Shown here in pieces: positions 1 to 51,800 of a stretch of 64,000 nt of DNA. Position 1 is the first letter of the stretch. The number at the start of each line of letters is the position of its first letter. The notes beneath the pieces were generated by a model that was not told the DNA's origin, searched no databases, and saw only the letters and a program-made list of their open reading frames with translations. The stretch is from positions 34,720,001 to 34,784,000 of the forward strand of contig OZ004609.1 of the NCBI GenBank assembly GCA_963924565.1, in the 5' to 3' direction. The position numbers were made by a program, and so were the translations under genes. The stretch is from Ascidiella aspersa (lineage: Eukaryota).

Positions 1-2040
1 CACTGGTAGTGTATCGTGCTGTTGAAAGGCAAGAAAGTCTGCACCATTCCGTCGGCGTCTACCCAGTTTGTGAAGGTGCAGTTGTCGTGGTAAATGCAGC
101 TGGCCTCTAGTTCGTCATTATCAGGGTAGAAAGGCCCGTCTTGACTCTCATGGCAGTCGGTAGCGTTACAGTCAACGTAGTTATTCGGGTTGGCCTTGAA
201 CTGCGCCAAAGCGGCTTGGACACTGTCCGCCATCACTCCGACAAAATACTTGGGCTTTGCGTGTATGTCGATGCCTAGGATGGTCTTGAGGTAATCGAAG
301 CGGGCTTGGTCGTGAACGCTTACCAGCTTTCCTCCCCACCTCGTGCAGAAAAAGTCGGCCTCAATGATGTCCCGCTTCTTGTAGGACACCAGGAAAACAG
401 TGTCGCCTTCCAGGTATTCTAAAACATAACGCGGCCTTCGAATAAACTACGATGTTGGTTTTAATAGGACAATACCTGCATTTTAGAGCAGTCTTTCGCA
501 ACCTTTTTGGCTTGCGGCACCTTACAGAATTTATAAATAGTTCGCGCCACCCTTGCTCGTATTTTGCTGAGTGGTTAACTGTAACGTTGCAATAAACGAG
601 ATTGAAACAGCACTGCAACTGTGGGCTGAAAAATCTTTTTAATTGTTTGCACTTTTATCGTACACAGTAAATTGTATCAAGAAGCTTGCCTATAGAGCAG
701 GGGTTCTTAAAATGGTGTCCATGGACCCCCTGGGGGTCCGTAAACTAGTTTTAGGGGGTCCATGAAGGCCTTATTAAAAAACTAGTGTATAGGCCTACTT
801 AAAGTAGGCCTAATGAAATTTTAAAAGAAAACACTTTAATTAAACATTAAACAGTTTTGCACTGAATGTATAGTTAGACTCCATTTAACTTTCACATTTT
901 TCGGACTGAAATAACAGAGTCATGAAGTATATTTGTTTTGTGACGTCAATTTATGACGTCATTTTGGAGCATTTCTTGTCTACCGGGGTCCATGCAAAGC
1001 AAAAAAAAAATTTAGGGGTCCGTGGTAAAAGAACCCCTGCTATAGAGCAAAAATTAAAACCCTAAAAAATTCGAATAATCCCTCGGCACCTCCGTTGGGA
1101 ACCACTGTTTTAGAACATAATGGTGAAAGAAAAAAAAACGAGAAAAGGTTCGAGCTTTACAACAACAAGTTATACACGCATGTTTGTGGCACAGAAAATT
1201 TTACAAAAATCACAACCATTTTTTTAATAATGAAGGTAGTGTGCAAAAATACGGTTTTGCTGTTGCGGTACCCAGCGGTGATTATACGGGTACCAATTGA
1301 GTTATTAGGTCAAAACTACAAGGTCTGGTATCCAGATTCGGTAGAAAGCTATAGTTTTAATGTAATGTTCCGTTTTGAATAGGACAGGTTTTGACGATAC
1401 TCTCTTCCTTACAATTTTATACAGACATGAACTTACTGCTCAATGACTATAGGTAGCCTAAAGTCCAAGCCGAGAAATTAAAAGCAAACACTTACCGTGA
1501 CCTCCAACTTCGCCACGTACAGGATCTGAAAAGAAAGCATTAAGTATTTGGTGTTTCACTCCAGCTATAAACAGTTTAACAACATATAAATCGTTGGTTT
1601 TTTAACTTTTTTAGCTTCTGGCACACTGAGGCATGCGACCTAATAAAAAATGGCACGCAAGCCCCCCCAAAAAATAAAGGCAATTGTCAAAAAAGCTAAA
1701 TTTGTTTTATACAGCCAATTGTCATTGTTTATTCACAATAAAAAACAATCCCAGCAATTACGACAACAAACAATTACTTCTTATATTATAACACTATACT
1801 GTTTTTTTATTGTATAAAAGCGCTTTTAATATTAGAAAATGAAGTTGCACGGAAAGAAGTTATAAGATAAAAATTGGCAGGTTTAAAGCATAAGGCCTAT
1901 TGATTATAATAAGTATGAGTCGTTTATTTTTGAACTCTGTATGGTCCAGAAGGGTTTATATTCTTACCCGGTTCGTGAGGGTGACCATGGGTCAGTTGAA
2001 CGATCGTCGTCAGGACAATCAGCAACGCTACACACTTCAT
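1..2040 (-). CDS. Secreted C-type lectin-like domain protein, 5' part (exons 2040-1968, 1525-1496, 418-<1; continues beyond left edge)
   Basis: Spliced translation MKCVALLIVLTTIVQLTHG|HPHEP-DPVRGEVGGH-EYLEGDTVFLVSYKKRDIIEADFFCTRWGGKLVSVHDQARFDYLKTILG...KYFVGV...FTNW. Hydrophobic signal peptide; A-x-x-FC-x3-GG-x-L-x-S-V-H pattern of CTLD helix 1/strand; YFVG at the WIGL position; all three junctions GT-AG and phase 1. An acceptor at 2062 implies a 5'-UTR intron. Confidence 0.8.
698..1039. mobile_element. Non-autonomous hAT-type DNA transposon (MITE)
   Basis: TIR CAGGGGTTCTT...AAGAACCCCTG; perfect 8-bp TSD CTATAGAG (690-697, 1040-1047); GGACCCC subterminal motifs. Confidence 0.9.
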
Positions 2041-2959
2041 CTCGGCCAATTACAAAATACAACTGCAAGAGCGGAAAATAAGTGTGTGAGAAAAAAATGG
2101 CAGATTAAAATCTGTACTAGCAATTTAGGTGTATAATAAAAAATCTAAGAATTTGATCATCCGACTTTAGTGATGTGCTTAATTATGATAACAGCAGTAG
2201 TTTCCAACACGGCCTCGATTTATAATGCTTCAAGCTACAGAGATTTATGATTCTATTTTTTGCTATATTGGTAATCCTCCGAATAAAATAATCCAAGTTT
2301 TGGCCTGTTGTAGTCCTAATTTGTAAAATCTGAGCACTGGGCATAAGCTCGCTGGATAAAGGTGCGAAAACCTAATAGAACTGGGAAATACTGTCCTCTT
2401 TCAAAAAATATTGCACTAAATGTGTGATATTTGAAATCAAATTGGCCCTTAAACAAAATGTCGACTCCAACTCCTGATAGGTAACAACATAATTGTCTAG
2501 ACTAGACCTATCGGTGTCAGGTGAGACACTTTTATAAAGAAATTAAAAATAAATATATTTATTTATTCTAACGTAAAACGACAATGCTAATGTCGTCAAT
2601 ATATATATATATATATATATTGTTTGAACATCGTTATAAAGTTTTTGAAATTAATTCTAGCATTGCTAGATCATTCTGCTGTGCTCATTTGAACAAAATA
2701 TTTGCCTAATGCACAAACTAAAATAATACGCCACTACATTTTTGTCAAAGCTTAATTGAGTTGTATACTGATCAGTTACAGGTAATATTTGGTGATATCA
2801 TACCTTACCGTTTATACCAGCGACCTAACATTGCTAATGCTGTTTTACGCGTTGATTATCACAGGTGTTTTCAAACCTCAGAAGCGCTGCTTTAATATCC
2901 AACGCGTTTTTCGATCCGTCGCATATCGCAACAGCCGGAAATCGAATCATCAACGATTG

Positions 2960-3210
2960 CTCTGTAAATCCCTTCTATTGTGTAGCTCTCTTATCGCTCG
3001 TATGCGCACCACTATACAATATACACCGTATATAATGCCTGAGATAAATAATAAGGATAAACAATAAGTTATACTTTTGGGACGATAGAACGTTGCTTTG
3101 TAAACCCTTCTATTGTGTAGCTGCCCTATCGCTTGTATATACACTACTATACAATATACACCGTATGTAAGTGCTGAGAAAAATAATAAGAAAAAACAGT
3201 AAGTCACTTT
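2960..3210. repeat. Direct duplication, 2 x ~137 bp
   Basis: TGTAAA.CCCTTCTATTGTGTAGCT...ACTATACAATATACACCGTAT...AAACA.TAAGT occurs twice in tandem. Confidence 0.85.
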
Positions 3211-3412
3211 TGTGCCGATAGTTGCCTTTGCATGATAACTTCCCTAAAACTGGGTCCGTTTGAGATTATAACTTGCGACAAGCGGCATTTAAACCATATT
3301 TTCAAAAAATAATCTTTTTAGCAAACTTTTTTAGCACAGTATTTATGCAAACATTGACAATTCTGCTAGGATTAAACTAAAATTAGAAGTCTCGTTACCC
3401 ATAGTATCTTAC

Positions 3413-3621
3413 CGGTGATGTAAACAAGTCATTTTGAAATGACTTAGGTCACAGTCAAGTCATTTGGAAAATAACTTAAGTCAAATGTTAAGTCATTTGC
3501 CAAAAGAATTAAGTCAAGTCAAGTCATTTTAGTCAAAAGACTTAAGTCAAGTCAAGTCATTTGAAAACAGTGACTTAAGTGCACTTAAGTTAAGTCAATG
3601 ACTTGAGTCATTGCAACACTG
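3413..3621. mobile_element. MITE with AAGTC/GACTT internal repeats (hAT-like, 8-bp TSD)
   Basis: Imperfect TIR CGGTGATGTAA...TTGCAACACTG, TSD TATCTTAC (3405-3412, 3622-3629); body of AAGTCA repeats. Related fragments near 30270-30330, 44810-44910, 51160-51265, 52915-53015. Confidence 0.8.
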
Positions 3622-4915
3622 TATCTTACAGGCCTGACCATTCAAGTTTTTTTATTTGGGGCCAGTAAGCTAACCAAAGTAAATCTACGACATTTAGAAA
3701 AACTAATACTTTTTTTATTTTAAGACTTTGGCTCAACTTCGAAATTTGTTGGAACACTTTTCGGAACTAGTTTTTCGTGAGAAACTAAGCCGAGCATAAA
3801 AAGTACATTTTTCTTTGTCAGTGCTGCAAACAGGTCTGTTTGAAATGACATGAATCTCAGATTAGATATTTTCAACTATATTAGCAAGTAAAGTGTCCAA
3901 ATTCATTCGCCCGAAAAATGAATGTTAAATGCTAAAGTTGGTGAACGCAAATTACTTGAGGGATGTTTCGCATTGAATACATAAATAACAAATTAACAAA
4001 TTGAAAAATTGAAAAAGTATTAACCAGCATACCACTAGCTCAGTAGAAGTAAATTCAAAAGAAAGCTTTAAACTTACGCTACAGTTGACCGGTAGGTGGG
4101 GTACATGCGCATCTCCTCATCTCCTGGGGTATTGCCGCAAGCCAAAAAGGCTAGATATTGCCAACAAACAGCAAGTAAATTCCTTTTATTCGCCCCAAAA
4201 ATGAATGTTAAATGCTAAAGTTGGTAAACGCAATTTACTTGAGGAATATTTCGCAGTGAATACATAAAAACAAATCATTAGCAAGTAACAGTTTTAAGTT
4301 GATTCATTTGTCCAACTAAGTGTTCAGTCAAAGTCATTTAAGAACAGTAACTAGATGCACTACATGTTACCACCTTTCGACGATCGGTATTTTTAATAGA
4401 AGTAATTTTAAAAATTCAAATTAAATCCTGGTACTTTCTTATAATTAATACTGCTTGTTACGTCACTCGCCAAGTTTTGCTTGCTTAAAATTTGCTAATT
4501 ATCTTACAACAGTAACGCCTATTACGTCACACGGTGTTGTTTACTGCTGCTAATGCTACAGTTATATTTCATTTGTGAACTACTTGTGTTGCTGGCTGGT
4601 TGGTAATTGTAACTCGTTTAATTTAAATGACTGTTGAAAATGTGAACGCCGATAATTAAGCGACTGTTCCTATAATAGTTTGGTAAGTTAATTGTTAGAT
4701 TGTTGACCGTGGCGTACTGTCTTATTGGTTACTGATTTCGTTTGCATTTAGAAACCGCATTTGTTGGACGAATTAAAGAACGACGATTGGCCTCTTGTCT
4801 CAAAGGCGAGTTTTACTACTTAGGACAGTAAACAGGCTACTACGTATTACGAACTCGGCGCCTTAACACTGCTAATAGTGCCAATCTATATCGTTGTGAA
4901 ATAATAAGTCTAAAA

Positions 4916-5233
4916 CAGGGGTTCTTGAACTTTTTTCATCGCGGACCCGTAAAATTATTTTTTGCTTCACGTGGACCCCTGTAGGCAAGAAATTATTAAA
5001 AATGATCTCATAAATTGACGTCACAATCAAATAGCCTGTCAGAAATGTGCTGATGATTTAAGTAAAAAGGAGTCTAACATCCAGTGGTAAGACAGTTCAT
5101 TTTTAATTAAACTCTTTTTTAATTTGATTACTTTTCAAACGTACACTAATATTTCAATTTGGCCTTCATGGACCCCCTGAAATTAGTTCACGGACCCCCA
5201 AGGGGTACATGGACCCCAGTTTAAGAACCCCTT
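4916..5233. mobile_element. hAT-type MITE, same family as 698-1039, inverted orientation
   Basis: TIR CAGGGGTTCTT...AAGAACCCCTT; TSD GTCTAAAA (4908-4915, 5234-5241); internal GGCCTTCATGGACCCCC is the reverse complement of the 698-1039 copy. Confidence 0.9.
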
Positions 5234-6106
5234 GTCTAAAACCACTTAAAATTTTCAGAAATGCATGGAAGAAGCAAAATGACTGCCAAAGTCGTTTACT
5301 CGTGTCATTTACATTATTGTCGTTTTATAATAACAATTAAATCAGTATAATGAATTAAATTAAGCTGTAGAGCGCCAGAAAAGATTTGAGGACTTTGTCG
5401 TTGAAACAAAAGCCAGACGAGGATGCAGAAACAAATGCGTGTAGTTCAACTGGGAGTTTTTACGTTAAATATGTTTTTTAAGTTAAATTACCTATTCTAT
5501 GAAACCAACCAACAACGCAGTTTTGTGTTAATTGATTTAATTTACCAAGAAAACTTGTTTATTTTCATGGCTTGCAACGCATTTTAGTGGCGGTCGATAA
5601 CTCCATTTTAATTTGATTTTTAAGCCTTTGATACTTTTTGACTTGGTTGTAGCTGAGTTCATAGAATCTGGCTGATTAAGGACTATACTGTTTCCTACCT
5701 TCAAGCTTGTTACATTTACTATGTGTGTATTATTGTGTTACAACTGCCTGTATTTGCTTCACAACAAAATAACTTTTCCTTATGATTTCATGCTTTTTAA
5801 TAGAATATGGCGCGAAAATAATAACGGTGAAAACGAAATCGTGTTCGAAAACACTATGACGCAACAATGTGCAGCGACCGGCTCTCACGACACACGGGAT
5901 TCTTACGTAACAACGAACGTCGCGACCTCAAACGGGAATTAAAAAAGATAAAAAAAATAAAAAAAAAAAAACAACAATGGCGGCCATTCTTTCGTCACTG
6001 ATAAAAGACAATCCACCTTTTGCGAACGACAGAAAAAAAACCCTGTGTTTTTTTTCGTAAACTCTCTTTCCGCGCTCGCTCTTCTCGTACTTCCCTCACT
6101 GTGACG

Positions 6107-6499
6107 TCACAGTTCGCTTCGGTCGTTCGATGACGTCACTGAAATGTCGGTGACGTCATCGGCGATGCTTGAGCCGACCTTGAATTTGGCCAAGGGCGTT
6201 TCTGAGGACGCTTGACTTCGGACGTTGGACTCATTGGACAGAGGCGAACCCTCGGTGTCGGATGAGAGGAAGGTACTCGGGGGTTGAATTGATGACGTCA
6301 CTCCAATATTCGGGGGTGTCCCGAAGCTGGGTCGGGGGTTGACCGCCGAAGCGTAACGAATGGCCGCTTTCAGGACCTGCTGGCCCGTGGGCGGGGACGG
6401 GGGTACGGGTGATGACGTAAGGGTAAATGATGACGTAGTTTGCCGATGCTGTTCTGACGTCACTTGTGTTTCGGTGATCGAGTCGGCGATGAGGTTTGT
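6107..6499 (-). CDS. Candidate alternative (distal) terminal exon of the myosin gene encoding a 130-aa S/T/P-rich non-helical tailpiece
   Basis: GC-rich open frame TNLIADSITETQVTSEQ...NDRSEL*; acceptor CACTTACCCCCGTACATACAG|ACA in phase 0, matching the phase-0 donor at 7926; minus-strand AATAAA at 5563-5558. Confidence 0.55.
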   Translation of the reverse strand, partial: TNLIADSITETQVTSEQHRQTTSSFTLTSSPVPPSPPTGQQVLKAAIRYASAVNPRPSFGTPPNIGVTSSIQPPSTFLSSDTEGSPLSNESNVRSQASSETPLAKFKVGSSIADDVTDISVTSSNDRSEL

Positions 6500-6961
6500 C
6501 TGTATGTACGGGGGTAAGTGTGACGTGATGATTGCTAATGATGACGTTAAGTATATACTGGGGTTAATGGGTGAATGAATGCTGTTAGTTTGGAAGATGA
6601 AAACTGGGAAAAAGGGAAGAAAAATAGAAGAAGAATGGAAGATTAGTTCGAAGAAGTTTGACATTTTTAAAACTCATTGTTGACATTCGACCATTCGAAG
6701 CAGTTCCCGTGAAACGTTTGCAATTAAGTTTCATTACGAAAGTTAAGTAAGCGCAGTTGGTAAACGAAATTGGGCAGTACAAACTAATCCGATATAATAA
6801 AAACTATAGTTTAGTTTGTGCGAATTGTGAATAATAAAATATCCAAAATGTCTATACCTGTGTTTGGTTTTAATGTTTTGAGTAAATTTTGGATAAAAAC
6901 GTTGCAATACTGCCAAACGGTTCGAAAACATTGTCCTAAGCGGCTGCCATTTGTCCTTGTT

Positions 6962-6967
6962 TTTATT
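6962..6967 (-). terminator. Putative poly(A) signal of the proximal myosin last exon
   Basis: AATAAA on the minus strand ~370 nt after the stop at 7339. Confidence 0.45.
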
Positions 6968-7338
6968 ACGTCAATTTAATGTAAAGTTTTTCAAGGTAGG
7001 TAAGCGTGACAAAGTTACAAAACAGCGAAACAAACTGCATATATCGGCGAATTGCATAGCACACTAATAAATAACACTGGGAAATAATCGTTTATAAAAT
7101 AAATACTCTACTGTGGGCAAGAGTAGAACAAATATAAAAAAAAAGCTGGCTACTTTAAATTGCTTGAAATAAATCGCTTGGAATCAAGTTAAACAACTAC
7201 GCAATTCAATACGGGCAAGATTTTGCATCTTTTAAAAAGAAAAAGAGAGAATTGCTGAAAAAAGGGGAAAAAAGAGAAAGAGAGAGACTTACAAGAAGAA
7301 GAAAGTAGTAGCATCAGAGGGTCAGTGGGAGGGAGAGT

Positions 7339-47296
<39,958 letters not shown>

Positions 47297-48609
47297 GATG
47301 CAACTTCAGATGATGTGACGTCAGTGAAAGTCTACAACAAATAATAGAAGATCAGCTTTAAAGCTATACGCGTCAAAATCATTGGTAAAAGTACGCTGGA
47401 ACGGTCCGCAATAACGTTCCGGTTAAAAATGTGATCTTTTATTGCGAGGTCAAGTCCCAAATGTATGTAATAAAAAAATAATAATAAAATTAGGTTAACT
47501 TTCGTTTATATAAAGACTACAAACATCAAGATCAGTCGTGGAAGGACCCGGAACGGTCCGCAACGGCGTTCCGGTTAAAAACGTGATATTTTATTGCGAG
47601 GCCAAGTCCCAAATATATGTTTGACTATTTTTTGTGCATACTTGTGAACAAACTCGGTGTAAAGTCAGTGAAAATCTACAAGAAATAATAAAAATTCAAC
47701 TTTAAGGCTCTAAGCGTCAAAAGCAGTGGTATAAGTACACTGGCATTCCGCAGCTATGTTCCGGCTAAAACATGTTCTTTTTTCGCGAGGACATGTTGAA
47801 TAACTATATTTGTTTATTTCAGTTGCATATTTGTGCACGACATTAAACGATCACTTCATGTTTCTTGAAGTTGCCTGTTTTATTACGTCCGGTATTGGCC
47901 TAGATATGTGACGTCATCCCTGAAAAATTGCAGGCGGTAAGAAAATACATCTACTTACACTCCTGATAAAAATGAAACTAAATTTGTATTGGTTGAACCG
48001 AGTATAATACGTAGTATTTAAGATAGTATTTCGCGAGAAAACTAAAAAAAGATCCAAGCTATACGCTTAAATGCGTTTAATTGGATACTACTTTGCCTGT
48101 AACTGACAGAAAATCTTATTCTCCGCAACTATAGTTATAAATAAAGTATTTTCCTTGAAGAGCGATTACTAGGACAGCATGTTTCAGCATTTTCAGTCAG
48201 TGTCAAACATATCACTCTATGGACTATATTGGCTGGCTTATATTAAATACATGTCCCTAAAAGCCTATTTTTTAGATCAACGTAAAACTAAACAAATTTA
48301 AATTTATATGTTTGTAACTTGGATTTGAATTTGCAAGGAATCACTTCTTATTACGTCTAAAACAGTTGTCACTAGAGCGCCTTTTTAAACTTTTAAATAT
48401 TTGCGAAATTTACTCAGAGTGCCCTTTCTAAAAGTTTCTACACACCGCTATGCAATTTAAAAATCAATATTGATTTAGATATAAACATCTTATTTGAAGA
48501 ATTCTCGTCTTAAACACTTCATCGTGTCTGAAATAATTGATCAGAAGCAACTTTCTCGCGTCTACAAAACTCCTGTGTATAAAGTCGAAATCGTTCACAA
48601 ACAAAAAAA

Positions 48610-48775
48610 AACTTTTAACATCGTTTATAAATTAAATAATTTCAACATCATTTACAAAATGAATAACTTTTAACATCATTTACAAACTAAATAACTTTTA
48701 ACACCATTTACAAACTAAATAACTTTTCACATCATTTACAAACTAAATAACTTTTAAAATCATTTACAAACTAAA
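48610..48775. repeat. Minisatellite, 28-bp unit x ~5
   Basis: AATAACTTTTAACATCATTTACAAACTA repeated. Confidence 0.9.
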
Positions 48776-48793
48776 ACAAGAAAAATCACCCAC

Positions 48794-48855
48794 CTTGTCA
48801 GGGTTTAGGTATGCGAATACCTATGCCCTAAACCGCCCAGCACAAGCCTTTTATA
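48794..48855 (-). promoter_or_regulatory. Myosin main core promoter and short non-coding exon 1
   Basis: TATAAAA on the minus strand at 48855-48849; CA initiator ~48824; donor CAAG|GTGGGT at 48794; exon 2 acceptor TTGTTGTAG at 47331; GC-rich upstream region 48860-49150. Confidence 0.65.
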
Positions 48856-51800
48856 CCGGCTCTGACGGATCAGACGCCGAACGCAGCTCATGCCCATAAA
48901 CCGGTATGACGGCCGATCGCTGTCTCCTGATTGGTCGAGAGGCAGCGAGCGCCTGTTGCTTATTCCTCAGAGGACGGCCGAAAATATCTCGCCTGTGTGG
49001 AGCGAAAAAGGCTGCGCAGTTGACGGGGTGGGCGCTCGCCGGTTGCATCTGTGTTTTGAGTCTTTGGGGATTCGAAGACGCGCGTGTGTAATTTCATGCT
49101 GGCTCTCTCTTTAGCGAGGTTCAAAGCAGACGCAAGGTCTGTGCGTGAAACAGTTGGCGGATAGCTCTGGCTGGAAGCTGTACATAAGGTACGACATTAT
49201 CCTACATCCCTCGCTAATATATCAAAACATTGTTTTCTATGTGAAGCTCTTTTGTATGCTCAATACATCATGAATTCCATTTTAACTGAAAAATTTGCGG
49301 TTAGCTCTGGGTGAAAGCTATATGCACAGGGTGGCAATCAGTTATTAGGGGCGGATCTAAGAATTTACAATTCCCGAAAAAAACTTTATCTTTTGTCAAC
49401 TTTTATTAAACAGGATTTTAGCTGCATATCTACGCGCGAGTTTGCTCGCAAAAACACGTGTTTTTCACATTATTTGTGTTATGACGTCACACATTGACGC
49501 AACTTGGTGACGTAAAAAAAACTGTTATGGCTATAGGCCTCGAGTCATTATATAAATATTTTTTTGAAACGTTCACAAAATGCTACCTATGTCTCTACGG
49601 GTTCTGATACTTATTCTGCGCCTATTTAAAACCTCCAGCCATTATTTCAAGACTCATTTGAAAAGTTTACAAATTGCTCTTACCACCATAAAGGGTTTTG
49701 ATATTGAGGTCATCGTGTAAGAACGACAGCAAAAAAAATAAAATTTCCGCTAGATGAAAGAAGTGAGCTGTATTTTAACTGGTGACGAGTTCTACCCGGA
49801 CGAACTTTGCGCGCCGAGGTTGTCTTTGAGCAATATCTACAAAAGTTGTGACGATACAGGGTTGAAATTTCTACACAATCCTTATATTGGCTACACCTTT
49901 CCAGCAAACACACTTTTAGCGAAAAATAGCAATAATTATTTTTATGAATGCATTTTTTTCAGAGATGTTTTAAAATATTTACGTCAAAACGTGACGTCAC
50001 AAAGTTACATCTAAACGTGACATCATAAATAGGCAACCTTAAGAACTACACAGTTCGTCTATTTTAATTATGTTTTAAGTTAGAGAGGTGATACTTTCCA
50101 AAAATGTTAAGTGAAAAACGCCACTCTATCATTTAGGTTGCCAAAACATTTAGAGGGTGCAATGAAATATCCGGCGCATTCGGGCGAAAAACATTTTATC
50201 AAAATAGATTAAGACATACTAAAAATGTAATCCAGATTCGAGCAGAGTGCAAAACTGTTTTGCATTTACCTAGTTTAAATACTGTAGGCATAAAACACAG
50301 TTGGGGTGTTTCTATAGTGTCTTTAATAGTCTTCACAAAAACGATTTCTGCATTTAAGCAAACAAACAAACGTACTGTATAACTTAAAATAAAGGTAAAG
50401 CCGGTTAAACGTAAAGCGCCGTAAAGGAAGTAAGAACAGACGTACACGTACAGTATCTGCATTTTTGCGCTGAAAGTTTAAGAGAAAAAAGGCAGTTACT
50501 GATAAACATACACCACGACACACGTCCAATATCAATGAAAAGCCTATAGCAAATGAAAATACACACCATAATCAATCGTTTTTGTTATTTAGTTCAACTA
50601 TTACAAAACAAACTTACAGTAGGTCGCATGTAATTGCTCATTTCAGTATATTTAAATTGGGGTCTGGTAATCAAATGGTTAGAGACCACTGCTTTAAAGC
50701 ATAGGTCTTACTGTGAATTGCCTTAGCGAGCGTTTCTGTAGCGCAACCTTGCGGTTAATATAAGTTATTCGAACGGACTACAAATCAGTAAACAGATCGA
50801 GCGGCAAACGCATTCAGTGATGCTAACTTATTTGAAGACAACCATTTATTTTTAGCCAAATGGAAAATAGACATAAAAAAACACACAACTTTATTTTCAC
50901 ACTAGCAACATTGTCTCGAATAATACGTCAATTGTCATTCACTACCAACACATATATTTAACAATAGTTTTGCAAACAAATCATTTTGTAAAAAATTAAG
51001 TCCTAGTCATTCGCAAAACAACATTGTTATCCAAAATAAATGTTATATGTACAAAATCGGAACAGATTTTTAAATTTAAGAATTATCGAAAATAGCTCAA
51101 TTTTACCGAAATATGTTTAAGCGCTTAAATTTAACTCCAGTGATTAGCCTAAATTACTTTCAAGTCAAGTTATTTGTTCAATTGACTTAAGTCGTATCAA
51201 ATCATAAAGTCCGAAAGACTAAGTCACTAGAGATACTCTGACTTAAGTGCAATCATTACTACACTGTTTAACAGCCAGTGAAAAAGATGTCGTTTTACCT
51301 GTTGGAAAAAAATAATAATGAATAGTTTTGTTTGTTAAAATTGCAATTTGTGGTACAATTATCATCCTGGTGCTATATTTTTCTAAGCAGTCAAAAACTT
51401 TGGGTAACTTAGGCTTAGGCCGGTGAAAAACATTCATCGCTTTTAAAATTAACGTGCATAAAATAATTTGGTTGACTAACATGGTAAATTTGGACAATAG
51501 AAGGACCATTATTAAATTATAAATTAGCAGGTTGATTCCAAAAAAATGTCATGTACTGTACTGTTAATAAGTTACAATAGGTTGCCGACCCCACTTTCGC
51601 CAACTGATGAGCATTAAAACGTCACAATGCTGGAAACACCAAGATTATTTTTGCGACCCAGGCCAAGGCCATCAACGATAAATAGTGTTGACGTTCGCTT
51701 ACCCAAATTTACGCCGAATAAACGGTCAATATGGTTAGGATCGGAATTCGCCAGTCAATGGTTTATATCGTGCGAAGCTAGTGCTTTCTTAGCCCGCAAA

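Noticed and set aside
6500-6664. N-terminal part of the 185-aa ORF as the start of a stand-alone gene
   Set aside because: It translates a polypyrimidine tract (F/S/P/L-rich), and coding-like composition begins only after the acceptor at 6499.
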